A stretch of DNA of 64,000 bases from Octopus bimaculoides (Eukaryota): contig NC_068989.1 in assembly GCF_001194135.2 (NCBI RefSeq), forward strand, positions 28,843,147-28,907,146, in the 5' to 3' direction. Below, piece by piece: positions 13,231 to 25,166 of this stretch. The translations under genes and the position numbers were made by a program. Position 1 is the stretch's first letter; every line of letters begins with the position of its first letter. The notes beneath the pieces are model-generated. The model searched no databases. It saw nothing but the letters and a program-made list of their open reading frames with translations, and had not been told where the DNA came from.

Positions 13231-15059
13231 TTGGTCTAGAGTATAAAAATCACATTGGAGATTCCAGTGGAAATCTGCAAGCATTGAAAGACTCCATTTT
13301 CCTTTATATCTATTTTCAATTTTAGAAATATCTTGATGGAATCTTTCTCCATGCTAGTCACTAACATCTGCAGCATTCTCTAGGAAAAAAAATCAAGATG
13401 TGAATGTGAAGAATGGACTTTTAAAAACATATTACAATCTAGCATTTGATATGATCGAATTAATTCGTCTGCAACGGTTCTGTAGTTTTCAGCTTTACAT
13501 TTTTCAAGCAGACCATTGCAAATGGTCTTAAAACTATGCCAAGCATTTAACTCTAATGCACTCATAGTTGAATCAAAATCACTGCCAACCATAAGTTGAC
13601 AAATTTGCAGTCCAACAAAGATGCTTTCCTTTACTTTAATGTCACTTAACTTAGAAAACTTGCCTTTTAGATACTGAAATACTGGCTGATCATGTTTTAG
13701 AGCTTTAACAAATTGCTTCATGAGATCTAAATTTAATGTGTAGTGGAGGCAACAGAAGTCTTTCTTTTTTGACAAGAGGTTCCTGAATAACATTATGTGA
13801 GCCTGGTGTTAGTACATTATGTGATGGCCATCCTGAATGGATATAGTGCTCTGCTTTTGCCCTACTATCACATTTACAAAGGAAGCACATGTATTTTGTA
13901 TAGCCAATTTACAGTCCGATTAACAGCACAACTACTTTTAAGTCAGCACATGAGCCATTTGTGTTCATTGTAGTTGATTTTATTTAATATAAAAGCCAAG
14001 GTTTTATAGGTTTCCTTTAAAATTACAGTATGTGCAATGGGTAGAGATGGGAAAGTAGTGCCATTATGTAAGAGAACAGCTTTAATACTGTATAGAGATG
14101 CATCGATAAACAATCTTCATTCTTCTGGGTTGTAGACAATAGTAAGGTCTTTAAACAATCCATGAATATTGTTGCAAAAATACAAGTTGTTCTACATTGA
14201 AAAATGATACTACAAATTATCAGAACAAGCTCTAAATTTTGAAATCTATGTTGTTTTCTAGTAAATTGCCTCTTGAAGTCAAGAGACAAATAATTTACTT
14301 TGCTTTTTGTTAAACCTAGATTCTGTACTAAATTGTTTAATTCAAGCTGACTAAAAGATTTTGGCTCCGATGATGTTTGTGCTAGTTCTAATGAGTCGTT
14401 AAATTCTGCATCTGTATCATCTGAATTGGATGGTTCAGAATGGGGAACAGTATGCATTGCTGATCTGAGGTTAGGATACACAATCGATCTTCCAATTTTC
14501 TTGGTGTAACCTGACGAAAATGTTGAATTAAAATCTTCAATATTACAGAGAATAAATTCAATGCAAATTATAATAGTATAAGTATTATAATAATATAATA
14601 CAAATAAATCAATATGTTAAAGATTTTGAAAGTTGTAATTAATACCTTTTATGTCAACTAAACAGAAGCAACAGTCTGTTGTGTGGTCTTGAGGCTCCTT
14701 TCAAACCATTCGGAACACCAAATGGTAACTGCTACTGTGTTCCATTAAGCCATCTTGACAGCAAGCTTGAACAGTTTTTACAATATATGTGAGGTGCCCA
14801 ATTCTTGTCTTGGTCTCCAACTTTGTATTTGAAGTACAGGTAGTAAAGTATTTTGGTATGAATAGTGAGACTTCTCTGATGTTTTTTAATCACATAATTT
14901 CCACAAACATAACAAAACTTATCTGGAGAAGTTTTGTAAGCCTTTTAGGAATATTAGAGTTATTAAATGAATATTTAGCCATCCGGAAAATCCTATAATA
15001 GTTCATTTTCTGATTCTATGCACAAAACTACCTCAAGAAATGAATTTCTCATCTTTGTG
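13231..15059 (-). mobile_element. Decayed DNA transposon, probably Chapaev3-like (CMC superfamily)
   Basis: Minus-strand motifs YPNLRSAMHTVPH, FSQLELNNLVQNLGL, LLPPLHIK, LMKQFVKAL, IFVGLQI, MFLKVH..SHLDFF and HGERF-like. CAC-starting end at 15059. The family name is from recall of these motifs, not a search. Confidence 0.65.
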
Positions 15060-15569
15060 TAATTTTTACTGTTATACTGTAATTAATGGTTTTTGATTTG
15101 GGCACAAGGTCAGAAATTGGGGGAAAAGAATGTTAGAAATCGACTATTGATGACTTGAAATCAGAATGTAGAAACACAAGAAATACTGCAAAGCATTTTT
15201 TCCGATGTTCTAACTATTCTGCTGGCGAGAGGACATCTACATTCTTTTTGACTGGAGGATGGGAAAGCTTATGCAGGTCACAAACACTGCCAATCCAACC
15301 AAGATAACATTATTCTTATCTATCTATATATATATATATATATAATCCTTTGTCTCTCTGTCTGTTCCTAATGCCTTCTCAAATGGCTCAACCAAATCAA
15401 ATCAAATTTTACATGGTAATAATATGAGATCCCATGAGTGTCAACATGTAATTTTTTTGGATTAAAATAGTGCAACATTGACACTGGTTCCATAATACAT
15501 GTCAAAACTCAAAGAATAAAAGTGAAACAATAACATCTATATTGTAATGTGATATATTCTTTTCTTTTA

Positions 15570-15742
15570 CTTGTTTCAGTCATTTGACTGCAGCCATGCC
15601 TTTAGTCAAGCAAATCAACCCCAGGACTTATTCATTGTAAGCCTAGTACTTATTCTATAGGTCTCTTTTACTGAACTGCTAAGTTATGGGGACGTAAACA
15701 CACCAGCATCGGTTGTCAAGCGATGTTGGGGGACAAACACAG

Positions 15743-15779
<37 letters not shown>

Positions 15780-15945
15780 CGATGGGCTTCTTTTGGTTTC
15801 CATCTACCAAATCCACTCACAAAGCTTTGGTTGGCCCGAGGCTATAGTAGAAGACACTTGCCCAAGGTGTCACACAGTGGGACTGAACTTGGAACCATGT
15901 GGTTGGTAAGCAAGCTACTTACCACACAGCCACTCCTGCGCCTAT
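15570..15945. mobile_element. Two adjacent short interspersed repeats, including a minus-strand tRNA-head SINE (15780-15945)
   Basis: The minus strand has a B-box-like GGTTCAGTCCC head followed by CACCTTGGGCAAGTGTCTTCTACTATAG, repeated elsewhere (28040, 38840, 44530, 57990). 15570-15740 matches the repeat at 26484-26680. Confidence 0.7.
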
Positions 15946-15984
15946 ATTGCTTCACTTTTATACTTTTACTTTTAATTCTAACCA

Positions 15985-17525
15985 CGATGACGATGCATTT
16001 TGTATATGACTGTGCATCTGTCTGTGAATGTATGAGTGTCAGTGTATGAGTGTGCATATGTCTTGCAGTGTGTGTGTGTGTGTGTCTTTTGCATTATGTA
16101 CGTTATTAAACACACTATATGCATGTGATGGCTGGTCAGTGTCAATACAAAATTTTATTTTTATTTCGATTTTGTTTCATTTCAATTAAAACAATTTAAC
16201 ATTTCATTGGGATTAATCTTTCTATCACATTTTGTATATGACTGTGTATCTGTCTATGAGTGTATTGTGTGCAAGTATGCATATGTCTTTCCACATTAGG
16301 TACATTATTAAACACACACACATCTACACATATGTAACAGTATGTTATTAAACACACTCACACATCTACACATACATATGTGATGACTGACGACATCAGA
16401 TTTTGTATATGACTGTGTATGTCATTGAATGTATATGTGTGAGTGTGTATGTCTCACAGTGTGTGTCTTTCTGCGTGAGGTATGTTATTAATCACACTCT
16501 ATGTATGTGAGGGCTGGTCTGTCAATACAAAATTTTATTTTTATTTCGATTAAAACAAGATAACATTTCATAGAGATAATCTTTCTATTGTCAACAGGAC
16601 ATTTTATACCACAACGACATCACATTTTGTATATGACTGTGTATCTGTCTGTGAGTGTATGTGTATGAGTGTGTATGTCTTTCTGCGTTAGATACATTAT
16701 TAAACACACACACACACATACATATGTAACAGTATGTTATTAAACACATACACACATACATATGTGACAACTGACGACAGTGTATGTGTATGAGTGTGTA
16801 TATGTCTCATAGTGTGTCTTTCCGTGTTAGGTGCATTATTAAACACACACACCTATACATACATATGTAACAGTATACTATTAAACACACTCACACATCT
16901 ACACATACATATACATATGTAACGACTGACAACAACGTCACATTTTGTATATGGCTGTGTATCTGTCTGTGAATGCATGTGCGAGTGTATGAGCACGTAT
17001 ATGTCTCACAGTGTATGTGTCTTTCCGCGTTAGGTGTTATTAAACACACTATATGTATGTGAGGGCTGGTCAGTGTCAATACAAAATTTTATTTTCATTT
17101 CAATTAAAACAATATAACATTTCATAGATATAATCTTTGTATTGTCAACAGGACATTTTATACCACAACGACGATGACATCACATTTTGTATAAGAATGT
17201 ATATCTGTCTGTGAGTGTATGTAAGTGAATGAATGTGTATATGTCTCATAGTGAGTGTGTCTTTCTGTGTTAGGTACATTATTAAACACACACATCTACA
17301 CATACATATGTAATGACTGACATATAGCGACTGTGTCGCTATTTTAGCATATGTATGTGAGTGTAGGTCAGGAACATTTTATACCACTATGACGTCACAT
17401 TTTGTATATGAGTGTATGAGTGTGTATGTGTCTGTGACTGTGTGCGCTTCCGTGTTACGTATTCTATTAAACACACACATATACATATGTGACGACTGAC
17501 ATGCCTGAATGTATGTATGTGAGTG
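15985..17525. repeat. Complex minisatellite, about 7 units of 170-320 bp
   Basis: Anchor CACATTTTGTATATGACTGTGTATCTGTCT recurs near 15997, 16226, 16398, 16621, 16940, 17182 and 17396. Confidence 0.85.
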
Positions 17526-18087
17526 CTAGAGGTGAAACTCTTGAAAAAAAATGAGGTGACAAAGTCCAAGGTATATATAAAAATACACATTTACTGTTGC
17601 GTTACCAGTTAATAATCATCGCAACAGTTGCAAGGTATTTACAATTACATATTTATCCTTACATTAAGAAATTTATCCTACATATATATATATATATATA
17701 TAATTCTGTTGTCTCTCTGTAATGACTATTGTGGCATTTACTGTTAAATTAGCTGTTCCATACATGTGCTTCTATTTTGTTAATTTACACCGCATACAAA
17801 AACACAGACATACCAGGCAGGAAGCCATTATATCTTATTTTTTCAAGTAATTCATTACTACATATTCTCGTGTGACTGCATAGGCTCACTTTCTTATTCT
17901 GCAGCCACACCAGCAATCCAATGTCAACCCATAGCCTTCTGCAACATTTCAACAGTTCACTTCTCCGTTGTCGTTGCCCATTGCAGCCCATTTCCAGAAT
18001 GTACACATTTATATACAATCTCTCCATTCACGGGTTGTGTTAGATGCAGCACTGACTGCCTCAAAGGTGAGTATATCCACTGACAGC

Positions 18088-19728
18088 TTTTGATCCTTTC
18101 ACCCGCATGATTTTCACCAAGAAAAAAAAAAACTCAGATTTATTGCGTGGAATCAAGTACCCTGACCTAATATGCTGCAAACTCATTTTTGTTTGGAAAA
18201 AAAAGTGGGTGGGAAACCGGCCCCTCCCCCATATCCTGGAATCATTGGGAATTTTTTTTTTTCCATTGAATGAATTCCGGTGACCTAACATGCTACAAAA
18301 CCCTTTTTTGGGGTCAAGAAAAGGGGTGGAGGAAGATGGAAGCCTCGGAACTTTCACCCCACCCAATCACCATTCCCAAATATTTTTTGCTATTTCTTTC
18401 TTTACCCATAATTTTAGATAACATTTTGCAGAAATATGTTTTTGAGAGAGTGTGGATTACATTAGATTGAAAATTCAAAGAAGAAGTAGGAAATGAATAA
18501 GTGAAAATGCAGAGGTTATAGAAGTTAGAGTGGTATCGAAGTCAGTGGAGAGATAACGAATGATAAATAATTAATCTAAAAAAAAAGACATGTTAGTTTG
18601 TGTATGAAACAAGTAAAAGTATATTAAAACAAAAATATCTTTTTCATACCTTTTAAAATCACTGGATATAATATATATAATAATCCTTTTCAAGTGTGAC
18701 TGGTACAGGGGCATTGGCATCGATCATGCTCAAATGGTACTTTTTACGTACTGTTGGTACTGGCATTGGCCGCGCCAGTGCCGGCAGCATGTAAAAAGTA
18801 CCATTTGAGCATGATTGATGCCAGTGCCATCTGACTGGCCCCTGTGCCAGTCACACTTGAAAAGCACCCACTACACTCTCGGAGTGGTTGGTGTTAGGAA
18901 GGGCATCCAGGTGTAGAAACCTTGCCAGAACAGACTGCAGTCTCATTGCAGCCTCCTGGCTTGCCAGTCCTCAGTCAAACCATTCAACCCATGCGAGCAT
19001 GGAAAACAGATGTTAAATGATGATGATGATGTATAATGATATATATAATTGATAGATTGTTACCCATTCAATGTTTAGGTAAACTTCATCACCCACTCAC
19101 TCTCTCTTTCTTCCACTCATTATATTCGGGATTATTATATATATAATATCCAGTGATTTTAAAAGGTATGAGAAAGATATTTTTGCTTTAATATACTTTT
19201 ACTTGTTTCATACACAAACTAACGTGTTTTTTTAGATTAATTATTTATTATTCGTTATCTCTCCACTGACTTCGGTACCACTCTAACTTCTATAACCTCT
19301 GCATTTTCACTTACTCATTTGAAACTTCTTTGAATTTTCAATCTAATGTAATATACACTCTCCTGAAAACGTATTTCTGCAAAATGTTATCTAAAATTAT
19401 GGGTAAAGAAAGAAATAGCAAAAAATATTTGAGAATGGGGGTGAAATTGCCAAGGGCTACAACCCACCCTGTTTTCTGGACCTAATATGCTACAAAAGGG
19501 TTTTGTAGCATATTAGGAGGTCACTGTAATCCATTCAATGAAAACAAAAATTTCCAACGATTCTGGGATATTGGGGGGATGAGGTGGGGTGGTGGTTTAG
19601 CTTCCCCCCTTTTTTTTCCAAACAAAAATAAGGGGTTTGCTGCATAAGGAAGTTAGGTTACTTGATTCCATGCAAAAATTCTGAATTTCTTTTTTCTTAG
19701 TGAAAATCGTGCAGGTGAAAAGATCAAT
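18088..19728. repeat. Long inverted repeat (arms ~600 bp, spacer ~440 bp), Helitron-like sequence
   Basis: 18371-18686 is the reverse complement of 19129-19436 (roughly 90% by eye). The outer parts 18088-18370 and 19437-19728 also match, more loosely. Confidence 0.85.
18690..19032 (+). mobile_element. SINE 3' portion with (GAT)n tail
   Basis: AAGCACCCACTACACTCTCGGAGTGGTTGGTGTTAGGAAGGGCATCCAG...AACCCATGCGAGCATGGAAAACAGATGTTAAATGATGATGATG; same family as 51664, 54605 and 63050. Confidence 0.75.
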
Positions 19729-20271
19729 AGTAATGGGTGTGTGTGTGTGTGTGAAATTTCTGAGGCTTCCACCTCTCCCTACCCCGTTTTCCGGATCCCA
19801 AAAATGGTTTTGTAGCATATTAGGAGGTAACTGGAATTCATTCNNNNNNNNNNNNNNNNNNNNNNNNNNNNNNNNNNNNNNNNNNNNNNNNNNNNNNNNN
19901 NNNNNNNNNNNNNNNNNNNNNNNNNNNNNNNNNNNNNNNNNNNNNNNNNNNNNNNNNNNNNNNNNNNNNNNNNNNNNNNNNNNNNNNNNNNNNNNNNNNN
20001 NNNNNNNNNNNNNNNNNNNNNNNNNNNNNNNNNNNNNNNNNNNNNNNNNNNNNNNNNNNNNNNNNNNNNNNNNNNNNNNNNNNNNNNNNNNNNNNNNNNN
20101 NNNNNNNNNNNNNNNNNNNNNNNNNNNNNNNNNNNNNNNNNNNNNNNNNNNNNNNNNNNNNNNNNNNNNNNNNNNNNNNNNNNNNNNNNNNNNNNNNNNN
20201 NNNNNNNNNNNNNNNNNNNNNNACACACACACACCACCTTAATCCCGAGTAACGCCGGGTATCTCTGCTAT
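19129..20271 (+). mobile_element. Non-autonomous Helitron-like element (3' end visible after a gap)
   Basis: Hairpin CCCG-AGTAACGC-CGGG (20244-20259) followed 8 nt later by CTAT (degenerate CTAG) at 20268-20271. Continuity across the N-gap 19844-20222 is assumed. Confidence 0.5.
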
Positions 20272-20273
20272 TT

Positions 20274-20346
<73 letters not shown>

Positions 20347-21839
20347 ATATGTATATATATATATATATAAATAAGAAGACGAAGAATGAATTTAGTACAA
20401 CTTTAATATTCGTTACAATTCTTTCCATACCATTCCATTGCTAACGACACTGCTTGTGAGTTTGTGTGTATGGGTATAAAATAAAGCTCAAAGAGATTCA
20501 GATAAAATGACAGCAGTAATCAGCACAAACGAAAATCGAAAACAGATCGTAAACTGACCTCATTTGAAATTTTAATGTCAAATATTTGAAGAATCAACGT
20601 GCGTGAAGGGTGACATTTGTTAGGTGTCATTGTAAACATAGTATCAAATATGGAATACTGATTATATTTCAACTAAAGAATTATGGAATTAATAGGATAA
20701 TACTGATAAATGGTAAATATATTTTAATAGACATAAAGAATAGACGTTTGTGTTCAACCGCATTGGTTGTAATGACTAAATTTAATATCTGTTGCTAAGA
20801 AAATTAATATTTATCAAAACAAAGTTGAAATAACGTGATGAATTAGAACAAAATATAAAAAGATAATAACAAAACATCAAGAGAAAATCAATTATTTTTG
20901 TTACTGGACATTATGAATTAAGTTTTTAATTAGAGATTTCCAGTTTACCTTAGTGAAATAAGGGTGGCAAGAATTACTCTTCGGCTCTGACAGAATTTCT
21001 ATAACGACCTAAACACTGCTGATATCCTTCCGCGCAATAAAGTATGTTTTACTTTCATCCTGCGCACAAAATCAAATGTTTATTTGTTGAAAAATTAAAA
21101 AGTGGAATAGTGTAATGTTTGTAAAAAACAAAATGGAAAAAAAAAATTGCAAATTTGATTCATAAATTAAATATTTTTTCTAAATAACTTCCGAGAATAA
21201 AATAAATAGTAAGCGTATATATACGGAAAGCTTAGATGCTATAAAAGCCTCATGGATTGTAAGTTTCATAAAATGAAGAAGAATGCAAGAAATCAAAATA
21301 TACTTTTAAAATAATATATTAAAAATAAATCAACTAAAAAAATAAACATATCAGCATAAAATGTAATGATTTTTTATCAATCTAATTGAAAAAATTATTT
21401 TGTTACGTATTGTGATCCATACATTTAATAAGCTAGGCATTGTCAGTTCCATGTTTTCGTACTACTTTATCATCTCTTATGCTTGTCTTATAAACGTGTT
21501 TTCTACCGGCAGTTGTGGATACATTTTTCTAAATTTTGCATGTAAGTAAATCATTTAATTTTATTTTATCATTTTAATCAATGTCGATTATTTATTTATG
21601 CATTAGTAATTATTCGAATGCTCTCATTTCTTCTGATTAGTTAGCGATAAAACTTGCAAAGTAGCCAGCAATGACAACGATCGTGCTTGTATGTATACAC
21701 ACATATAAAAAAAAATATATATACACACATACAGGGAATGTATACGGGTATTTTAGATTAAAGTATTTAGTTTTTTCCCAGTGTTATTGTAGCATATATA
21801 TCTGATGTATATGTTAATTGATATGTAAGCAGTCATTAT

Positions 21840-21970
21840 GCCTCACGATGCCATTGCAATATCTCTTAGTTTGTCTCGTCTGTGAATCACTGGCTCCGGT
21901 CGCCATTTTGCTATCACCGTAACTTCCACCAAACATCATTGTTGATGCTGAAATTGTTCATAAGTAAATA
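21840..21970. promoter_or_regulatory. Candidate promoter / non-coding first exon of KDM4 (possibly bidirectional)
   Basis: Local CpG retention, a YY1-type motif CGCCATTTTG at 21901-21910 and a + strand donor-like AA|GTAAAT at 21964. The ATG exon has a splice acceptor in front, so an upstream exon must exist. Its location here is inference. Confidence 0.4.
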
Positions 21971-24369
21971 CTCTATGTCTGTCTGTTTGTCTCTCTCTGT
22001 AGATATCTATAGATAGATAGCTTTGCTATCCAACTTCCTCTTTCCTCCTCTCTCCTCTTATTTAATGAGAATTTCAATACCATTAACTTGAATCTACCCT
22101 TCGATGTTCATTTTAATTCCTCCCATTTGCAAAACGCTCGAAAGTGTTTCATCGTTATCTTCCTCGTCATTGTTATTAAATTCTTGCTTGACTCTTTGTA
22201 TGTTGTAGCAATTTATTGGGGAGCCAGTTAGTGACCTTCGTTCGTGTCACTCGCTCTTGTTGTGGCCTTTATGTTAATGAGACACAGCACTGTTTTACAC
22301 ACACACACACTTAATCCGTTCAACATTGAACTCTTCGTTCACTAGGAATCAATTCTTAAGATAACAGTTCAATAATACTCCCCCCCCCTTCTTTTTACTT
22401 AACACGTAACATTTCCTTTATTTTATTCGACTAATTAAACTTGACTTTGTGGTGGACAGGATACGATCATTGAAACAAAAGGTTCCCAAAAATTATTATT
22501 TTCACGAAGTGATTAGTTAGGACAATTTTTTGCAGTTTTAACCAGCCCAGCCTGGTTGTAAATGTTTAGATATTGTTCCTGCCTGGATGTAAATTTTTAG
22601 ATTATTGTTCCAGCCTGGATGCAGTTCCCTCTCAACGCATCTTTTTCTCTCCCTCTTCCTCTGTTATCAGAGAACCGACTTAAATATTTACACTTAACTA
22701 ATCTGCTTATTCGCCCCTCCCTCCTCCATATAGCTTATTTACTTGTCCTTCTAATTCAGTTTATATATGTATATTCATATATGTATTTATTTTTATACTT
22801 CACCTGTGATACATATTTATTTGTCTCTGCTGCCTGTGCTTGTGTATGTTGATACTCATGAGGCAATAGTGTGTACTGTTTTAATGGATTGGTGTAGCTC
22901 AGCTGTGATCACGTAGACCTTTGATTAAAAACATTCTAACCGCAACCATCACGTCTTTTTTTGTAACACTATCTAGGACTAAATTCAATGAGTCCTTTCA
23001 TTTTAAAAATAAGGCCAACTTTGAGAGGAGATGTGGCTGCTATATTTAACGAGTTAAGTAGCCATATAGTGGTTTCATGGTTCGATCGGTGTGTGTGTGT
23101 GTGTGTGGCATGCTTTTTTCTTAATATGAAAAATGAGAATAGAGAATAGCTTTTCTGGGACGGCCGCTATTGGACGGTCGTCATATACTTGAATGAAAAT
23201 TCACTCGTCCTGTTTATTTTCTTAACGTACACACGGAGAAACGTGTACACCATGATCAAAGGAGTGCCAGCTATGATCATTCTGTCTTTTTCAGAAACAT
23301 TTCCAATGTTATTTAAGATGAGAGGGTGTGATGTGAGCATGATTTAGCTGCTATGTCTAGCAGCTCCTTGGATCGTGTATGATGCTGTTTTTGTAATCGT
23401 ATATGTATATTTATTATGCGAACACATTTAGAAGGCGAAAGGTAACAAAAAATCGGCTTTTGGTGGTCAATGTTTGTATTTGTAAATTTAGATAATCCAT
23501 AGATTATTGTCCATTTACCATACTAATATATTTATTTATAGGGTGATTTTACCTTTATTAAATCGAACAAAATGCTAAATGGTTTTTAATTATGCAAAAT
23601 GCTCTATGGTTTTTAGTACAGTTACCGACATAATCGACTACAACTCCTGAAATTGCGGTTGTGTGCGTGCCCAGGTTGAAACTCATTGACTGGATTCATT
23701 ATGAATTCCCGTTTTCTAATTTGGCTTCTCCATTATAATTGTGTACATATAAACCCTTCATGAATTGCTTACTTGTGTTTTTGTATTTGAAATGCATTAA
23801 ATTGATTTTCTTGATGACGAACATACACGTACAGAGAGAGGATAAGGAAGTTATTTGTTTATAGTTATTATTTTTCATTGCTTCTACGGCCTAATGCATT
23901 TACGATCTATAAACCCGAGTTACAAAATTCAAAATGTCATAAACCCCACTAAGTCTCACTATTACCAGTTTTTGGACGGATGCACATAAGCTGTCTTAGG
24001 ACGAATGCACACAGCTTTATAACAGAATATTGAACAATGCATATGAGTTCGCTTTATGTGCGAGAAATACCGAGGGCAAATTTATCCTAGATGGTCACGG
24101 TTGGTACGCTTTTGACCCTTGATGATCATAGCTGATGCACCTTTGAGTATAGAGGTTAAAACCTCTATATTGAGGTTAAAACAACAAGTATATGAAATCT
24201 CCAAGCGGTTTAAATGCACAAGTCTCCTATAGCTACGTGCCTAAAAAGTGTTAGCATAAATGAACCCAGAAATCATGATCTGGAATCGGTCCGGCCCCAT
24301 TAGAGTGGAGAAAGTTAAGGACTGAAACATTTGCATCTTGAGTTTCTTAACACTGTATATGTATATAAA

Positions 24370-24511
24370 TACACCCTCTTCCTGTTCCTTTATGTGGAAG
24401 AGCGTAGGCTCGAAATGTTGAATACTTTTTCACTTCCCTAGCGTTAAACTAATACATCTGTTTGTTGTCTACACCACCTGTCTTCGTCTTTTGTTTTTTT
24501 GTGAATTCTCC

Positions 24512-24550
<39 letters not shown>

Positions 24551-24800
24551 ACTTGGGGATGGTCATATTGCCAGTTTAGCCAATAAAAACACACGCACTG
24601 TATATTTGGTGTTAATTTGCTTCAGCTTTATAACAAAATGAAGCTGTTGAGTCGTCACGGTTTTCCGTAGGCAACTGAATACAATGTCTTTCAGTATCTT
24701 GCTAGCCTGGCTAGGGCTCACATTGTTCCGTTTATAAATTTGTTTTGCAAGATTTTTGATGTGAAATCGTGTGTTGAAACAGATGTTGTTGTACTTGGGA
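24370..24800. mobile_element. Probable Penelope-like element remnant (pseudo-LTR region)
   Basis: GAAGAGCGTAGGCTCGAAA motif followed by a T-rich tract and (TA)n; 13-bp direct repeat TGTTGTACTTGGG at 24545 and 24787. The assignment is from recall of similar repeats. Confidence 0.4.
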
Positions 24801-24813
24801 TATATATATATAA

Positions 24814-25166
24814 ACTCAAAGAACTTCCAACTTTGTCTGATTTTCACATCTTATAATAATATAAGTTAATATAATGAAATGGTAGAATATTAAATGTTCA
24901 TTGTGATTGAACTAGTACTTTCATGCATTAAACTATGCAATCTTCAGGTTCTTGTAGTAGTGGTGACAGTTATGTTTTATAATTTACAACTGTAAATTGT
25001 AAAACATAACTGTCACCACTACTACAAGAACCTGAAGATTGCATAGTTTAATGCATGAAAGTACTAGTTCAATCACAATGGACATTTGATATTCTTTATA
25101 TTATCTTATATTGTATTATAAGATTGTAAATAAAATGTGAAAATCAAAGTTGGAATTTCTTTGAGT
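24814..25166. repeat. Palindrome / fold-back element
   Basis: 24884-24988 and 24991-25095 are reverse complements at 102/105 nt with a 2-nt spacer. Degenerate arms with indels extend to 24814 and 25166. Confidence 0.95.

Noticed and set aside
17593-17628. 9-bp inverted repeat ACTGTTGCG / CGCAACAGT
   Set aside because: Too short, and probably a subterminal feature of the surrounding repeat.
17785-18060. Minus-strand 80-aa ORF with coding-like composition
   Set aside because: The other frames have multiple stops and no family motif is recognisable. It lies among Helitron-like repeats and is likely decayed TE sequence.
19597-20428. Long ORFs running through N-gaps (also at 48530-49055, 52536-53213 and 61225-61841)
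   Set aside because: Artefacts of translating Ns. The gaps are 19844-20222, 28282-28381, 47225-47234, 48631-49018, 52708-53158 and 61361-61775. The five KDM4 exons join in frame, so no coding exon needs to be hidden in them.
22547-22622. About 31-bp unit repeated 2.4 times (CCAGCCTGG...), superficially CRISPR-like
   Set aside because: Head-to-tail tandem repeat with no unique spacers, no cas genes and a eukaryotic context.
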